Source: a virus
Virus record (IMG/VR): IMGVR_UViG_3300021518_000005
Coordinates: 1 to 64,000 of that record
Direction: 5' to 3' (one strand)
Length of the DNA: 64,000 bases
Within the stretch, counting starts at the first letter, position 1; every line of letters begins with the position of its first letter. Shown in pieces: positions 1 through 10,544 of the stretch. The translations under genes and the position numbers were made by a program. Below the pieces are notes generated by a model, which did no database searches, was not told where the DNA came from, and was given only the letters and a program-made list of their open reading frames with translations.

Positions 1-3000
1 GAACCGGCCTTCTGCTATCCAGTGCAGAAGGCCGGTTCAACAGCGCAGCGGGCGCGATGGGCAATGCCACCGGCTTTCTAAGCAACATGCTTAGCACGGC
101 TGGTGGCTTTGTTGTGGGCGGGATTATTGAGAATCTTGCCGGGCAATTTGCGAATCTTGCAGGCGGAATGATCAGCGGGAATGCACAATTCGAGACCCTT
201 GAGGCATCATTTGCGACGCTTATGGGGTCTACAGATCGTGCGCGTGAACATCTCGCAATGCTGGCTGAGTTTGCCGCTACAACTCCATTTGAATTACCTG
301 AAGTGGCTCAAGCATCAAAACTACTCCTGACATTTGGCGGCGACGCACTCAACACATCTGAGAATCTGTCAATGGTTGGTAATGCCGCTGCCGCAACAGG
401 TAATGACATAGAAGGCGTCGCGTTTTGGGTAGGTCGCGCATACTCGGCCATTTCAGGCGGCCAGCCATTCGGGGAGGCTGCTTCTGAACTCCAAACGATG
501 GGTATTATGTCGGCCCAGACCCGACAGAAACTAGAGGAGTTGCAAGCAGCAGGGGCATCAAATGAAGAGGTCTGGCAAGCATTTACTGAACAAATTACCG
601 CGCCATCCGATGCCATGCAGAAGCTTGGTGAAACATTCACCGGGCGCATGTCTACACTACAAGATAATCTGTCGTTATTTTCGAGAACAGCCGGTGAATC
701 GTTATTTGCTTTTGCAGGTCAAGCTGTCGCCGCATTTAATAGTCCTGAAATTCAAGCAGCCCTGCAAGCATTTGCAACTAATGTTAACACCTTCATTGGT
801 GGGGTGATTACATGGTTAGTTGAGACCGCAATTCCGTGGCTTGTGGCGGCGTGGGCATTATTTGCACCTGTTGTTGCAAGTGCCATGACGGTACTGACAA
901 CAGCATTTGCATCTGTTCAAACAGCTGTGTTGGGTATGTCCGAAATAGTTTCAGGTGTGTTGGCAACCTTCGCCGAAACAATCATAGGGCCTCTGGGAAG
1001 TATAGAAGGTCTATTGGGCGCATTAGGTGGTGGACTTCTTGCGTTTGGCGCTCTATGGGCAGCACCAATCCTCATTGGTGCTATATCTTCTTTTGGTGTA
1101 TTAGTGTCGGGTGTTTTGGCTGCACTTCTTTCGCCCGTCGCGGCATTAATAGCCATTGGCGCGGTATTCGGCTCGATGTGGGCAACCAATTTTATGGGCG
1201 TGCGTGATAACACGACCGCCATGTTAAGTGCTATTGGCGATGCCATTTCAACCACCATAGGATTCTTAGGGCAGGTCATTGCCGATCTTGCACCTGCATT
1301 CCAAGCATTCATTGGCAACATGCAGGGCTTGGCACCAGCAGCAGCAGGTATCTTCAATTCTATCCTAAGCATTGTGCAATCGGTGTTTTCGGGCATTGCT
1401 AACACCATTGGCTGGTTCGGGCCGACAATGAGCAACGATCTTGGTACCTGGTTCATGGCTGCACAGGAAATTGTCAGTGGTGTTCTTGCAATCATTTTGT
1501 CAGTTGTGCAATCGGTGCTGTCGGTGGTACAGGGCTTTATTAGTGAACATGGTGCAAGTATCGCAAATTTGTTTATGCTCGCCTGGAATACCATTAGTGA
1601 TGTTATCAATGTAGCACTTGCCATTATCAATGGCGGCATTCAGAGTCTTTCTTTTGTTGCCGCATTCATAGCAAATCACACTGATACAATTACAGCGCTG
1701 TTCAGTGGTGCTTGGCTTGTGATTCAAGGGGTTATTACTGGCGCATTAAACATCATCCAAGGACTCATTAAAACCTTTACGGGAGTTCTTACGGGTGACT
1801 GGAATACTGCATGGGAGGGCATTAAACAGGCAACAAGCGGCGTCTTGGAAGCGCTTCATGGTGTAGTCGGGGGCGCTCTTACAGCGCTTGGCGGGGCAAT
1901 TAACCTTGCTATTGGCGGTATTGCGTTAATTGCCAATAGCCTCGGTGCGAATATTTCCGATGGTATTGTACAGGGCATTCAGAATGGTGTACAAGCCATT
2001 GTCGATGCTGCTGTAAGTGCTGCTAGTTCCGCGTTAGAAGCGGCTAAGAACTTTTTAGGCATTAAATCGCCGTCGCGTGAAGCTGCTGCACAAATCGGCG
2101 AGCCATTTGTGATGGGTATTGTAGGTGGCTTAGAAGCCATGACCCCATTACTCATTGACTCTGTTCGCACACTCGGCGATGAAATGCTTGAGGAACTGCA
2201 AGCTATTAGCGATCTTGCTACTGAGATCATGATGGACTCGGCGCGATCTACGCTCAGTGGCAACAAAAGCATGGCATCGCGCAACAGTCAAAACACAAAA
2301 GCCTTGCAAGCCATGACCGTTGATATTGAAAAATATCAAGATGCGCTCGAAAAAGCAACAGTAGACATGGAAGCATTTGCCGATGAGACGGCTGCCGGAA
2401 TTGATAAAATTCGCGATAAATATAAAGAAAAGCTTAATGGCTTTGATGCGGCGGCATTTGCACAGGAAACAAGCACGGGTGTTGCAGATATTGAATCGGA
2501 AAACCGCGCTAAAACCGCCGATATTCAAGCAGATAATCCTATTGAGGCAATTGATCAATCGGCATACGATGCTGAAACACTTAAAGAAATTGAGGCTATC
2601 AAGCTACGAATAACGGATAAAGCAGCAGAAGAACTAGCGATTGAAGAGTATAAAATTAGCCGTGCTGAAGAATGGGCCAAGACAGCAGAAGAACATGCCA
2701 ATCAAAAGGCAACACTCGAAAAGAAACTAACCAATCAGCAAGTCAAATATGAGAAAGAACTAGCCGATTATCGAGCAAAGCGTGAGGCAGAATACCTCAA
2801 GCAAACGCAAGATGTAGCCGATCAGCGCGCCAAGATGGAACAGGAGATCGCCGCATACCAGGCAGATCGCAATGCTGATTTAGCCGATGCCAAAGCCGAT
2901 GAAAAGGCTGCTCGTGACGAACTAGCAGAACAAACAGCACTTAAGAATACGGTTGATCAGATCGCGGCAAGTGCGCGACAGGAGCTTGATACAGCGCGTA

Positions 3001-3722
3001 AGCAGGCTGAAGAGATGCGAAAGTACGACGCTGATCTTGCTGCCGATTATTACAATATGCGCTCGAAAGACATTCTTGACTTGGCTGATCTGCAAAAGTC
3101 GATTGCAGAAGCGCAACAAGAAGGCGATATGCAGCGTGTAGGCGATCTCAGCGCGCAACTCGAATTATTACGGCAAGAACAAGATGCCAATGCAAAGCTC
3201 TTTTTCTTTGATGCGCAAGCAGAAACCGACACAATAGGCGACGATTCAACGGCACAATTGCAAGAGTTGCGCGACAAGCTACGCAAAGAATTGACAAGTG
3301 ATACGGATGATTTAACCGAGACACAACGCGATCTGGCTGAAGCGCAAAAAGAACTTGCTGCATTAAAAAAAGAGCCTCCGCCTGAAAATGACAAGGAGAA
3401 GGAGGACAGGGCTGCAAAGCGCGACGCATTACAGCAAGAAATCGATCAACTCATTGCCGATCAAGCGCGGTACCAGCAAGAGATTGCAGCGGGGAATACG
3501 GCTATTACAGAAGTGGAAAGCCAGCTAACGGCACTCTTGGCAACTATCGGCAATACACAAAATGGCCTGGGTGCCATTTTGGATACACTCCTTCAGCAGC
3601 AAATAACAGCACAAAATACCCCAACAAACCAGATCGTGTATAACATTCAGGCCAATTACGCATATCAAGAAGAGCGCACATTACGCGATGACATTCTTCT
3701 TCTTGGTATGCTGAACGGGTAA
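1..3722 (+). CDS. Tape measure protein (likely 5'-truncated by the window edge)
   Basis: Frame is open from position 3 into the 57..3722 ORF. It has a TMP-like N-terminal region (FAATTPFELPEV), long Ala/Gly/Trp amphipathic repeats (TGDWNTAWEGIK), a GIKSPSR motif and an acidic coiled-coil C-terminus; tail genes follow. Confidence 0.9.
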   Translation, partial: TGLLLSSAEGRFNSAAGAMGNATGFLSNMLSTAGGFVVGGIIENLAGQFANLAGGMISGNAQFETLEASFATLMGSTDRAREHLAMLAEFAATTPFELPEVAQASKLLLTFGGDALNTSENLSMVGNAAAATGNDIEGVAFWVGRAYSAISGGQPFGEAASELQTMGIMSAQTRQKLEELQAAGASNEEVWQAFTEQITAPSDAMQKLGETFTGRMSTLQDNLSLFSRTAGESLFAFAGQAVAAFNSPEIQAALQAFATNVNTFIGGVITWLVETAIPWLVAAWALFAPVVASAMTVLTTAFASVQTAVLGMSEIVSGVLATFAETIIGPLGSIEGLLGALGGGLLAFGALWAAPILIGAISSFGVLVSGVLAALLSPVAALIAIGAVFGSMWATNFMGVRDNTTAMLSAIGDAISTTIGFLGQVIADLAPAFQAFIGNMQGLAPAAAGIFNSILSIVQSVFSGIANTIGWFGPTMSNDLGTWFMAAQEIVSGVLAIILSVVQSVLSVVQGFISEHGASIANLFMLAWNTISDVINVALAIINGGIQSLSFVAAFIANHTDTITALFSGAWLVIQGVITGALNIIQGLIKTFTGVLTGDWNTAWEGIKQATSGVLEALHGVVGGALTALGGAINLAIGGIALIANSLGANISDGIVQGIQNGVQAIVDAAVSAASSALEAAKNFLGIKSPSREAAAQIGEPFVMGIVGGLEAMTPLLIDSVRTLGDEMLEELQAISDLATEIMMDSARSTLSGNKSMASRNSQNTKALQAMTVDIEKYQDALEKATVDMEAFADETAAGIDKIRDKYKEKLNGFDAAAFAQETSTGVADIESENRAKTADIQADNPIEAIDQSAYDAETLKEIEAIKLRITDKAAEELAIEEYKISRAEEWAKTAEEHANQKATLEKKLTNQQVKYEKELADYRAKREAEYLKQTQDVADQRAKMEQEIAAYQADRNADLADAKADEKAARDELAEQTALKNTVDQIAASARQELDTARKQAEEMRKYDADLAADYYNMRSKDILDLADLQKSIAEAQQEGDMQRVGDLSAQLELLRQEQDANAKLFFFDAQAETDTIGDDSTAQLQELRDKLRKELTSDTDDLTETQRDLAEAQKELAALKKEPPPENDKEKEDRAAKRDALQQEIDQLIADQARYQQEIAAGNTAITEVESQLTALLATIGNTQNGLGAILDTLLQQQITAQNTPTNQIVYNIQANYAYQEERTLRDDILLLGMLNG

Positions 3723-3724
3723 TA

Positions 3725-4612
3725 ATGACAACCAAACTAGAAGCTATTGTCAATAATCAAATATTCGACCTTTCTGATAAGGTTCGTGTGGCGCACATTA
3801 GTAACGACGGGTGGGGATTGCCACCAATCGAACGATTCAGCGAGCAAGGTGCATTCCAAGATGGGACTACCGATCTTGGCTTTCGGTTACGACCGCGCTC
3901 CATTCAGCTTGTATTGTTGCTGCATGCCACGGATCAAACTGACTATTTCAATCAACGCGAATGGTTGACATACATCTTTGCACCGCGATCAGAGCCGTTA
4001 GTATTGCGTTTTACGTATGGCGATAAACAACGTCTCATTAAATGTCATTATGTTGATGGATTAAGTCTGAATTCCAGTGACAGGATTGCACCATATTCAC
4101 ATAAAGTTGGTGTGCAATTACAGGCAGACAACCCGCTCTTTTATACACCAGAAGATATTTCAATACCTTTTGGTATCGCTGTAACGCTTGCATCATTCTC
4201 GATACCATGGGCTATTCCCTGGGGAATTGGTGCCAGTACCATCAATGAACGTATTTCCATTACATATACCGGCACATACAAGGCACAACCAATTATCATT
4301 ATAGATGGGCCTATTACAAACGCTATTATACGCAATGAAACAACAAATGAAAAAATATCATTTCAGGGGCATACTATTCCCGCTGATGAGATGTACACCG
4401 TTGATACGCGATACGGGTATCGCACAGTAAAAAATAAAGCAGGCACTATTGTGACGCAATTTCTTTCCGATGATAGCGATGTAGCTACGTTTCATATTGC
4501 ATCGACACTTGAACGATCTGATGGTGTAAATAGTCTTCTTGTAACAGGCTCAAATACGAATACTGCTACACAGGTATATATTCAATACACAGAACACTAT
4601 ATTAGTTTATGA
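3725..4612 (+). CDS. Distal tail protein (Dit-like, siphovirus tail family)
   Basis: Directly after the TMP; 295 aa with a DG...G.RLRPRSI motif and an ADNPLFY motif typical of Dit proteins. Confidence 0.75.
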   Translation: MTTKLEAIVNNQIFDLSDKVRVAHISNDGWGLPPIERFSEQGAFQDGTTDLGFRLRPRSIQLVLLLHATDQTDYFNQREWLTYIFAPRSEPLVLRFTYGDKQRLIKCHYVDGLSLNSSDRIAPYSHKVGVQLQADNPLFYTPEDISIPFGIAVTLASFSIPWAIPWGIGASTINERISITYTGTYKAQPIIIIDGPITNAIIRNETTNEKISFQGHTIPADEMYTVDTRYGYRTVKNKAGTIVTQFLSDDSDVATFHIASTLERSDGVNSLLVTGSNTNTATQVYIQYTEHYISL

Positions 4613-4627
4613 TGGAGCGTGATCTTT

Positions 4628-5848
4628 TTGGCACAACGTAGTATGTTTTGGACAAGCAACGGTACTGGTGATGGAAGTGCTTATACACAAGCCCAAACCG
4701 TTGAATTCTTTCGCACGATTCTATCACCAGAAAATAACTTCTCTGGTGTCTTGCCGAATACTTTGAACAAGCTAACACCTTCGGCATCAGGCTTGAATGT
4801 CACCATCCTGAGCGGTGCAGCGATTGTCTATGGCTTTTGGTTCCATAGTGATGCAAACGAGGTTATCGCGGTACCACAGCCGACTATTGGCACGACCGGC
4901 CATCGTATTGTGGTGCGTGTGAATTGGAGCACACAGCAAGCACGGCTTACTTTACTTTCATCCTCGAATGGTGTCAGTGCTATTCCTGCTGCGGTGAGTA
5001 CGCCCGGCACCACGTATGATCTTACCATTGCAACACTCACGATTGCCACGGGCGGCGTGATTACACTTACTGATGCCCGCACGTATGCCACGTTCAGCAC
5101 GAATCATGTCAGGCGTACTGGCGATGTAATGACTGGCTCGCTCACCATTGATCGTACTAACTCAGTGGCAACCCAAGGCGATGAATTGGTTATCAATTCT
5201 GATCTGCCAGACATCCATCTCATCGATGCGGATGCTGCATCGAATGAAAAACGATGGGTGTTCTCCGTAAATAGTGGCGATTTCTCGATTGCAACACGCA
5301 CCGACGCCAATGCAGCAGGTGCAACGGCGATGGATGTTGTGCGTAATGGCACCGCAATTACAGAAGTCGATTTTCCCACCGGCGGTACTCACCTTAAATC
5401 TGGCGGCAACACGGTCTGGCACGCAGGTAATGACGGTGCTGGTAGCGGGCTAGATGCTGATACACTCGATGGATTGCAGGCAAGTCAACTATGGCGCATT
5501 GGGCAGCGCCAAGGCGGAAATGCATCAGATTTTACGGTAGCAGGGTCTACAAATTACACGTTTACTGGCTTGCGCCCACAGTTTGGTATTCTCTCCTATA
5601 CAGGCTCATTAAATCCTAGCGCCTATCCATCCGTTACTTTCCCATCTGCTTTTACTTCTAAGCCGCTTGTGATTATTACGTTGTTCGCGCCTGACTTGCC
5701 AACATTCGATCTATCTTTAAGCCTCTTCTCGGTGTCGGCGTCGGGTTTCACAGCACAAATCAAGTACCAAGGCGATGGTGTTGGGGGTACGATAACGAGT
5801 AGCGAGCCTGTATACATCGAATGGCTGGCGCTTGGGGTGATGGCATGA
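4628..5848 (+). CDS. Minor tail / tail fibre protein
   Basis: Tail operon context; WHAGNDGAGSGLDADTLDG fibre motif; C-terminal VTFPSAFTSKP H-type-lectin-like segment. TTG start lies 10 nt after GGAG. Confidence 0.75.
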   Translation: MAQRSMFWTSNGTGDGSAYTQAQTVEFFRTILSPENNFSGVLPNTLNKLTPSASGLNVTILSGAAIVYGFWFHSDANEVIAVPQPTIGTTGHRIVVRVNWSTQQARLTLLSSSNGVSAIPAAVSTPGTTYDLTIATLTIATGGVITLTDARTYATFSTNHVRRTGDVMTGSLTIDRTNSVATQGDELVINSDLPDIHLIDADAASNEKRWVFSVNSGDFSIATRTDANAAGATAMDVVRNGTAITEVDFPTGGTHLKSGGNTVWHAGNDGAGSGLDADTLDGLQASQLWRIGQRQGGNASDFTVAGSTNYTFTGLRPQFGILSYTGSLNPSAYPSVTFPSAFTSKPLVIITLFAPDLPTFDLSLSLFSVSASGFTAQIKYQGDGVGGTITSSEPVYIEWLALGVMA

Positions 5849-5854
5849 GATGTC

Positions 5855-5883
5855 TTGACAACGTTATAGGAATGAAGTATATT
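5855..5883 (+). promoter_or_regulatory. Sigma70-type promoter of a moron-like gene
   Basis: TTGACA-17 nt-TATATT, followed by an AAGGAG RBS before 5925. Confidence 0.6.
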
Positions 5884-5924
5884 TTGTTATGGAATTGTGC
5901 CAAAGGTATCCATAAAGGAGTTAC

Positions 5925-6167
5925 ATGAAAGTTCTAGTCGCGATCATGGTAGTGCTGGTATTGGGGACTACGCATCAATCTGTTCAGGAACAACCCCCCC
6001 CTTGCGAATTGCCATGTAATTCGCCCATCAGCACACCAATTGCCAGTACCCCTGTCACACGGGAAACACCACCAGCGCGCCCAACAAGTAGTGCGCCAGT
6101 GCCCAAGCTTACAAACACGCCCGATCCCGAAGTCCCATATTATATGTATTTGCCCATCATCCGATAG
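5925..6167 (+). CDS. Small secreted Pro/Thr-rich protein with C-terminal YLPIIR motif
   Basis: Signal peptide, P/T-rich body, and a terminal Y-L-P-I-I-R like the C-terminal motif common on Chloroflexota secreted proteins; strong RBS. Confidence 0.65.
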   Translation: MKVLVAIMVVLVLGTTHQSVQEQPPPCELPCNSPISTPIASTPVTRETPPARPTSSAPVPKLTNTPDPEVPYYMYLPIIR

Positions 6168-6181
6168 GATTGTGATGCCTT

Positions 6182-7258
6182 CTGTCATACTCCGAGTATG
6201 TTCTAATCCTCCGCAATAGTGCCGGTGCCAAGAAGGGCCTCATTGACAATTATCTGAGCATGCAATACAGCATGACGGTCAATGAGCCGGGCCTACTTGA
6301 ATTTAACGTTCTTGGCACACATTCCCTATTGTCTGGCTTGCAATATGGTGACTATATCGAGGTTCGTAGGCGTAATCGCGCCCACGGCCTCGATTGGTAT
6401 ACCGAATTCTATGCACTCTTTCAAAACATTGAATACCGCGCTAAACCGTATGATGTAGCTAAGATAACATGCCCTGGTATTTTACACCTTCTTACACATC
6501 GAACCGTATTGTATCCAAAATACATTGCTAATCTGTCTGCGTTTGATGTGGTAAAAGGCGAAACGGTGATGAAGCGCATTGTCAATTTTAACGCGGGCGC
6601 TTCAGCCACGACGGGTAATGGGCGACTACGCAACGGTGCTATCAGTACATTCAGTGTTGAAACTGATTTAGCGCGTGGCAACACCATTGATTACGAATGT
6701 GCATACAAGAATGTATTGAGCGCCGTCCAAGAAGTAGCTGTACTTGCTGGTGCTGATTTCAACATTGTTTCTACTACGCCTGGACAATGGCAATTTCGGT
6801 ATTATCCTGGACAACTAGGAACTGATCGTACCAGCACAGTATTATTTTCATTGGAACGCGATAATATCATTAATCCCGTGTTGACGGTTGATCGCTCAAC
6901 GCTTGCAACGGTTGCGGTTGCGGTTGGCGAAGGCGTTGGTTCAGATCGTATTAGTCGCGTTGAGACATCAAGCGAATTTCCTGGCATTGACATTGAACTA
7001 TATGTGGATGCGGGCGACAGGAATACGCAAACATCTTTACAAAACAAAGCCAAATCTGCGCTTGATACTACCAAGACATCCACGACGTTACAATTCAAGC
7101 CTCGGCAAGTACCATCCTCCATATACGGTGTGCATTATAAGCTAGGCGATAAAGTGAAAGCACGATATAAAGGCTTTACCATTACACCTAAAGTACAATC
7201 CATTACGGTGCGAATCAGTGAGAATGGTGAAGAAACGATAGATGGTGAGATCTACTAA
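6182..7258 (+). CDS. Tail protein (ReqiPepy6 Gp37-like / Tal-like)
   Basis: HYKLGDKV C-terminal motif, IELYVDA motif and tail context. The frame is open upstream of ATG 6260 back to a CTG at 6182. Confidence 0.7.
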   Translation: MSYSEYVLILRNSAGAKKGLIDNYLSMQYSMTVNEPGLLEFNVLGTHSLLSGLQYGDYIEVRRRNRAHGLDWYTEFYALFQNIEYRAKPYDVAKITCPGILHLLTHRTVLYPKYIANLSAFDVVKGETVMKRIVNFNAGASATTGNGRLRNGAISTFSVETDLARGNTIDYECAYKNVLSAVQEVAVLAGADFNIVSTTPGQWQFRYYPGQLGTDRTSTVLFSLERDNIINPVLTVDRSTLATVAVAVGEGVGSDRISRVETSSEFPGIDIELYVDAGDRNTQTSLQNKAKSALDTTKTSTTLQFKPRQVPSSIYGVHYKLGDKVKARYKGFTITPKVQSITVRISENGEETIDGEIY

Positions 7259-8055
7259 TGGCTCTTGACAATGTACTGCGTACACTGACGGAAAAATTTG
7301 TTCAGCTCCGAAATGAATTTGACGAGTACAAACGGCGTGATACAATAGCTATAGATCGTACAACACGAACGCCGGTACTTCCCTCTCAGGCTACAGGTAT
7401 TGTATCGCTCAACGCTGACAAAGCACTCGTTAGTTCAGCCGCGTTTGCACATGATTCTGCTAATACAGCACTACTTCTAAATGCTGCTCGACTACAGCAT
7501 CTTATTACATCTGGCACATCATTTGCTCGTGTGTTTGTCGGCTACAACGCAACATGGAATTACACCACGAATGTATGGGATATTGGCGCTATTGGTGCTA
7601 ATGATTGTGGCGGATTATTGTTTGACAACAATTCGATCAATGTGCGATTGATTATACATCCAAGTACAGGTGCCACTGCTCGAACGATGACACATGCGCA
7701 GTTCCTTGATGGCACCGTTGCAATATTTAAGACAGCTGGACTACAGGATGAAGCATGGATTAATCCAACACTTCTCAACAGCTGGACTAATTACGGAAGC
7801 GGCTTTTATGATGTGCAATACCGAAAAACTGCTAATGGCCATGTGCAATTACGTGGCCTTGTCGGTGGCGGGTCTGTAAACACAACGATATTTACATTGC
7901 CAACAGGGTATCGACCTCTAAAACGCGCATTATTATCAACCATTAGCAATACAGGCGTTGCGCGTGTTGATGTTCACACAACCGGAAATGTTGATTTAAT
8001 CAGTGGCGGTACCACATTTGTAAGCCTCGACACACTTTTCGTTAATACTGATTAA
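7258..8055 (+). CDS. Minor tail / receptor-binding-like protein
   Basis: LLNSWTNYG...QYRK...VQLRG...IFTLPTGYRP motif typical of phage tail-tip C-termini. Confidence 0.7.
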   Translation: MALDNVLRTLTEKFVQLRNEFDEYKRRDTIAIDRTTRTPVLPSQATGIVSLNADKALVSSAAFAHDSANTALLLNAARLQHLITSGTSFARVFVGYNATWNYTTNVWDIGAIGANDCGGLLFDNNSINVRLIIHPSTGATARTMTHAQFLDGTVAIFKTAGLQDEAWINPTLLNSWTNYGSGFYDVQYRKTANGHVQLRGLVGGGSVNTTIFTLPTGYRPLKRALLSTISNTGVARVDVHTTGNVDLISGGTTFVSLDTLFVNTD

Positions 8056-8057
8056 TT

Positions 8058-8417
8058 ATGGCGCGTCTCGACATATCTATTCATACAGGATACACATGGG
8101 CGCGTACATTTGTCTGGAAGGACAAAAATAATCAGCGCGTGCCACTGGCAGGGATGCGCGGCATTTTTATCTGTCGTCTCCATCCGCGTGGTGACATATT
8201 GTTTCAGGTGATAGCGCCCAACTTGCAATTGCAGCAAGAATCAGTGGATGGTGATGCAACGGGTGTTATCAGCCTTGTTATTCCTGGAAGTATTACAGTA
8301 CCCGTCCGGCATACATTTGGCTATCACGAATTGCGTTTAGAAATGGCCGATGATAGCGAGCCAAGTTTTCCCCTGTTGTATGGCGATGTGTATTTTCGAT
8401 TAGGTACTACCCCATGA
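8058..8417 (+). CDS. Putative baseplate/fibre adaptor protein
   Basis: Beta-rich 119 aa protein translationally coupled to the collagen-like fibre gene. Confidence 0.45.
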   Translation: MARLDISIHTGYTWARTFVWKDKNNQRVPLAGMRGIFICRLHPRGDILFQVIAPNLQLQQESVDGDATGVISLVIPGSITVPVRHTFGYHELRLEMADDSEPSFPLLYGDVYFRLGTTP

Positions 8418-9889
8418 GCGATCCAATTATTATTACAGATGAAGAACAGGGGAGCATTACCGTTGTCTCTGCTGCCATCACACTGAACACTGGATCAGGC
8501 GGTGGTACTGGCCCTGTTGGGCCGCAAGGCCCGCAAGGTGTACCAGGCCCTAAAGGGGATAAGGGGGATACTGGTAATGTTGGCCCCCAAGGGGTACAGG
8601 GTATCCAAGGCAATGTAGGACTAACAGGGCCTCAAGGCGCGCAAGGTCTTAAAGGTGATACTGGTGATATTGGCCCACAAGGGCCTGTTGGAGCACAAGG
8701 TATTCAGGGTCTTAAAGGTGACACGGGCGATACAGGCGCTCAAGGGCCACAAGGCATACCAGGCCCACAGGGGTTGAAGGGTGACACGGGCGCATCGGGT
8801 GCAATCGGCCCTCAAGGATTAAAGGGTGACACGGGCGATATTGGGCCACAAGGTATACAGGGCGATATTGGCCCTCAAGGTATACCAGGGCCTCAAGGAG
8901 TCAAGGGGGATACCGGCGATCCAGGCCCGCAAGGCCCTGCTGGCTCAACAGGCCCACAAGGTGATACCGGCCCACAAGGTCTACAGGGAGTTCAGGGTCT
9001 TAAAGGTGATACGGGTGATGTAGGCCCTGCTGGTTCACAGGGGCCGCAGGGATTGCAAGGCCCGCAAGGCCCTGCTGGTACCACGAACTACAACGACCTA
9101 ACGAATAAGCCCGATCTCTCGATTTACTCGCAGATCGGGCATACACATAATGCCGATGCCATTACCACAGGTGTTCTGGGCGTTGATCGATTGCCTTTTC
9201 GCGGGCCATCCGCTTCCCGTATTTATGTGTTTGATCACTTCATGGCAGGTGTTAACTCTGGTGATCTTGGCTGGAATATTCTTCTTTCTGGTACTGGCGC
9301 TACTGGCTCAACAGCTGTGTTTACAGACTACAATGCCACAAACAAAGTTATCGGGGCGATGGGCGTGCGAACAGGTACCGCAGCGCCTGTTACGCGCTCA
9401 GGCGCTGCGCTTCGTGCCAATAGTCCTGGTGTAGATAATATTCCGCTAGCTTTTGGTGCGCTCGACATGACATGGCGCTGTGCGGTATCAGCATTATCCA
9501 CATCGGCAGAAGAGTATTTTGCTGCGTTTGGCCTCTATGATGTTGTACATCTTTCAAACACTGATGCAACCGATGGATTGTATTTCATCTACAATCGAGC
9601 GAGTCATGGAGATTTTTGGGTATGCTCCGTAGCGGATAATGGTACCGTTGTCAACACAGTTACATCTGTTGCAGTCAATGCGAATTTTCGCACATTCCGT
9701 ATTGTAGCAAATGCAACTTGGACATCTATTCAATTTTATATTGATGGTACTCTGGTGCATACACAAACAAGTGGTATTCCGGGAAATGCCCGCAATAGTT
9801 ATCTTGGCATGAAGGTGCAAAAAACGGTTGGTACAGGCCAGCGCGATCTCTATGCTGATTATATGGAATTCGTGTATGATATTACATGA
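8414..9889 (+). CDS. Collagen-like repeat tail fibre protein with C-terminal LamG/ConA-like domain
   Basis: Long Gly-X-Y run (GPQG, GLKGDTG) at about 8510-9080, YNDLTNKP linker, and a C-terminal IQFYIDG beta-sandwich. Confidence 0.85.
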   Translation: MSDPIIITDEEQGSITVVSAAITLNTGSGGGTGPVGPQGPQGVPGPKGDKGDTGNVGPQGVQGIQGNVGLTGPQGAQGLKGDTGDIGPQGPVGAQGIQGLKGDTGDTGAQGPQGIPGPQGLKGDTGASGAIGPQGLKGDTGDIGPQGIQGDIGPQGIPGPQGVKGDTGDPGPQGPAGSTGPQGDTGPQGLQGVQGLKGDTGDVGPAGSQGPQGLQGPQGPAGTTNYNDLTNKPDLSIYSQIGHTHNADAITTGVLGVDRLPFRGPSASRIYVFDHFMAGVNSGDLGWNILLSGTGATGSTAVFTDYNATNKVIGAMGVRTGTAAPVTRSGAALRANSPGVDNIPLAFGALDMTWRCAVSALSTSAEEYFAAFGLYDVVHLSNTDATDGLYFIYNRASHGDFWVCSVADNGTVVNTVTSVAVNANFRTFRIVANATWTSIQFYIDGTLVHTQTSGIPGNARNSYLGMKVQKTVGTGQRDLYADYMEFVYDIT

Positions 9890-10113
9890 CCATGGATGAG
9901 TATATGAATGCACAACGTAAATTACAATTTATTAGTGAATATCTGTACGAACGATTAGCAACACTTGAGCGAGAATTAGTGCGCCGTGAGCAAGGGGATT
10001 TAGCCTACAGCATTGAAGCACTTAATACGGATACCCGCGCATATTTTACGGAAATATTTACGCTATTGGAATGCCATCAATGTCGCAATCATTATACACA
10101 AGCAAGCAAATGA
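9886..10113 (+). CDS. Hypothetical protein
   Basis: ATGA overlaps with both neighbouring genes. Confidence 0.5.
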   Translation: MTMDEYMNAQRKLQFISEYLYERLATLERELVRREQGDLAYSIEALNTDTRAYFTEIFTLLECHQCRNHYTQASK

Positions 10114-10544
10114 ACACACTTGAACGTACATTGGATAAACTACAACGCTTTCGCGTGACAAATATCACACTTATGCATCATTTGTTACACCATGCCGATC
10201 CTCGACCATCCGAGCTGTTCATTGGCTTACTCAGTATCATTTGGGGCATCGTATTTATTCTCCCCGCTAATACATTTGAAACGTCACAATCGTTCACGGC
10301 AATGGCCGAAACGATGCCTGAAGTGGCATGGGGTATTCTTTTTCTTACTATTGGCCTTAAAAGCATTCTTGTAGGCCGATCTACCTATTGGCGCAGCATA
10401 TCCGCATTGAGCATGTTTGTCTTATGGCTGTTCATGGCAATTATGTTTATGCGCAGTAATCCTATTGCTACCGGCCCGTTCACATCAATGCTGTATGCTC
10501 TTCTTGCCTATTGGCAATATGCTCGTATTAAATTCTATGAATGA
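10110..10544 (+). CDS. Four-TM membrane protein (lysis cassette)
   Basis: Four hydrophobic segments; start refined to MNTLERT. Confidence 0.6.
   Translation: MNTLERTLDKLQRFRVTNITLMHHLLHHADPRPSELFIGLLSIIWGIVFILPANTFETSQSFTAMAETMPEVAWGILFLTIGLKSILVGRSTYWRSISALSMFVLWLFMAIMFMRSNPIATGPFTSMLYALLAYWQYARIKFYE

Noticed and set aside
8414-9889. Diversity-generating retroelement or invertible tail-fibre cassette
   Set aside because: No reverse transcriptase, TR/VR pair or invertase seen; the repeats are simply collagen Gly-X-Y codons.
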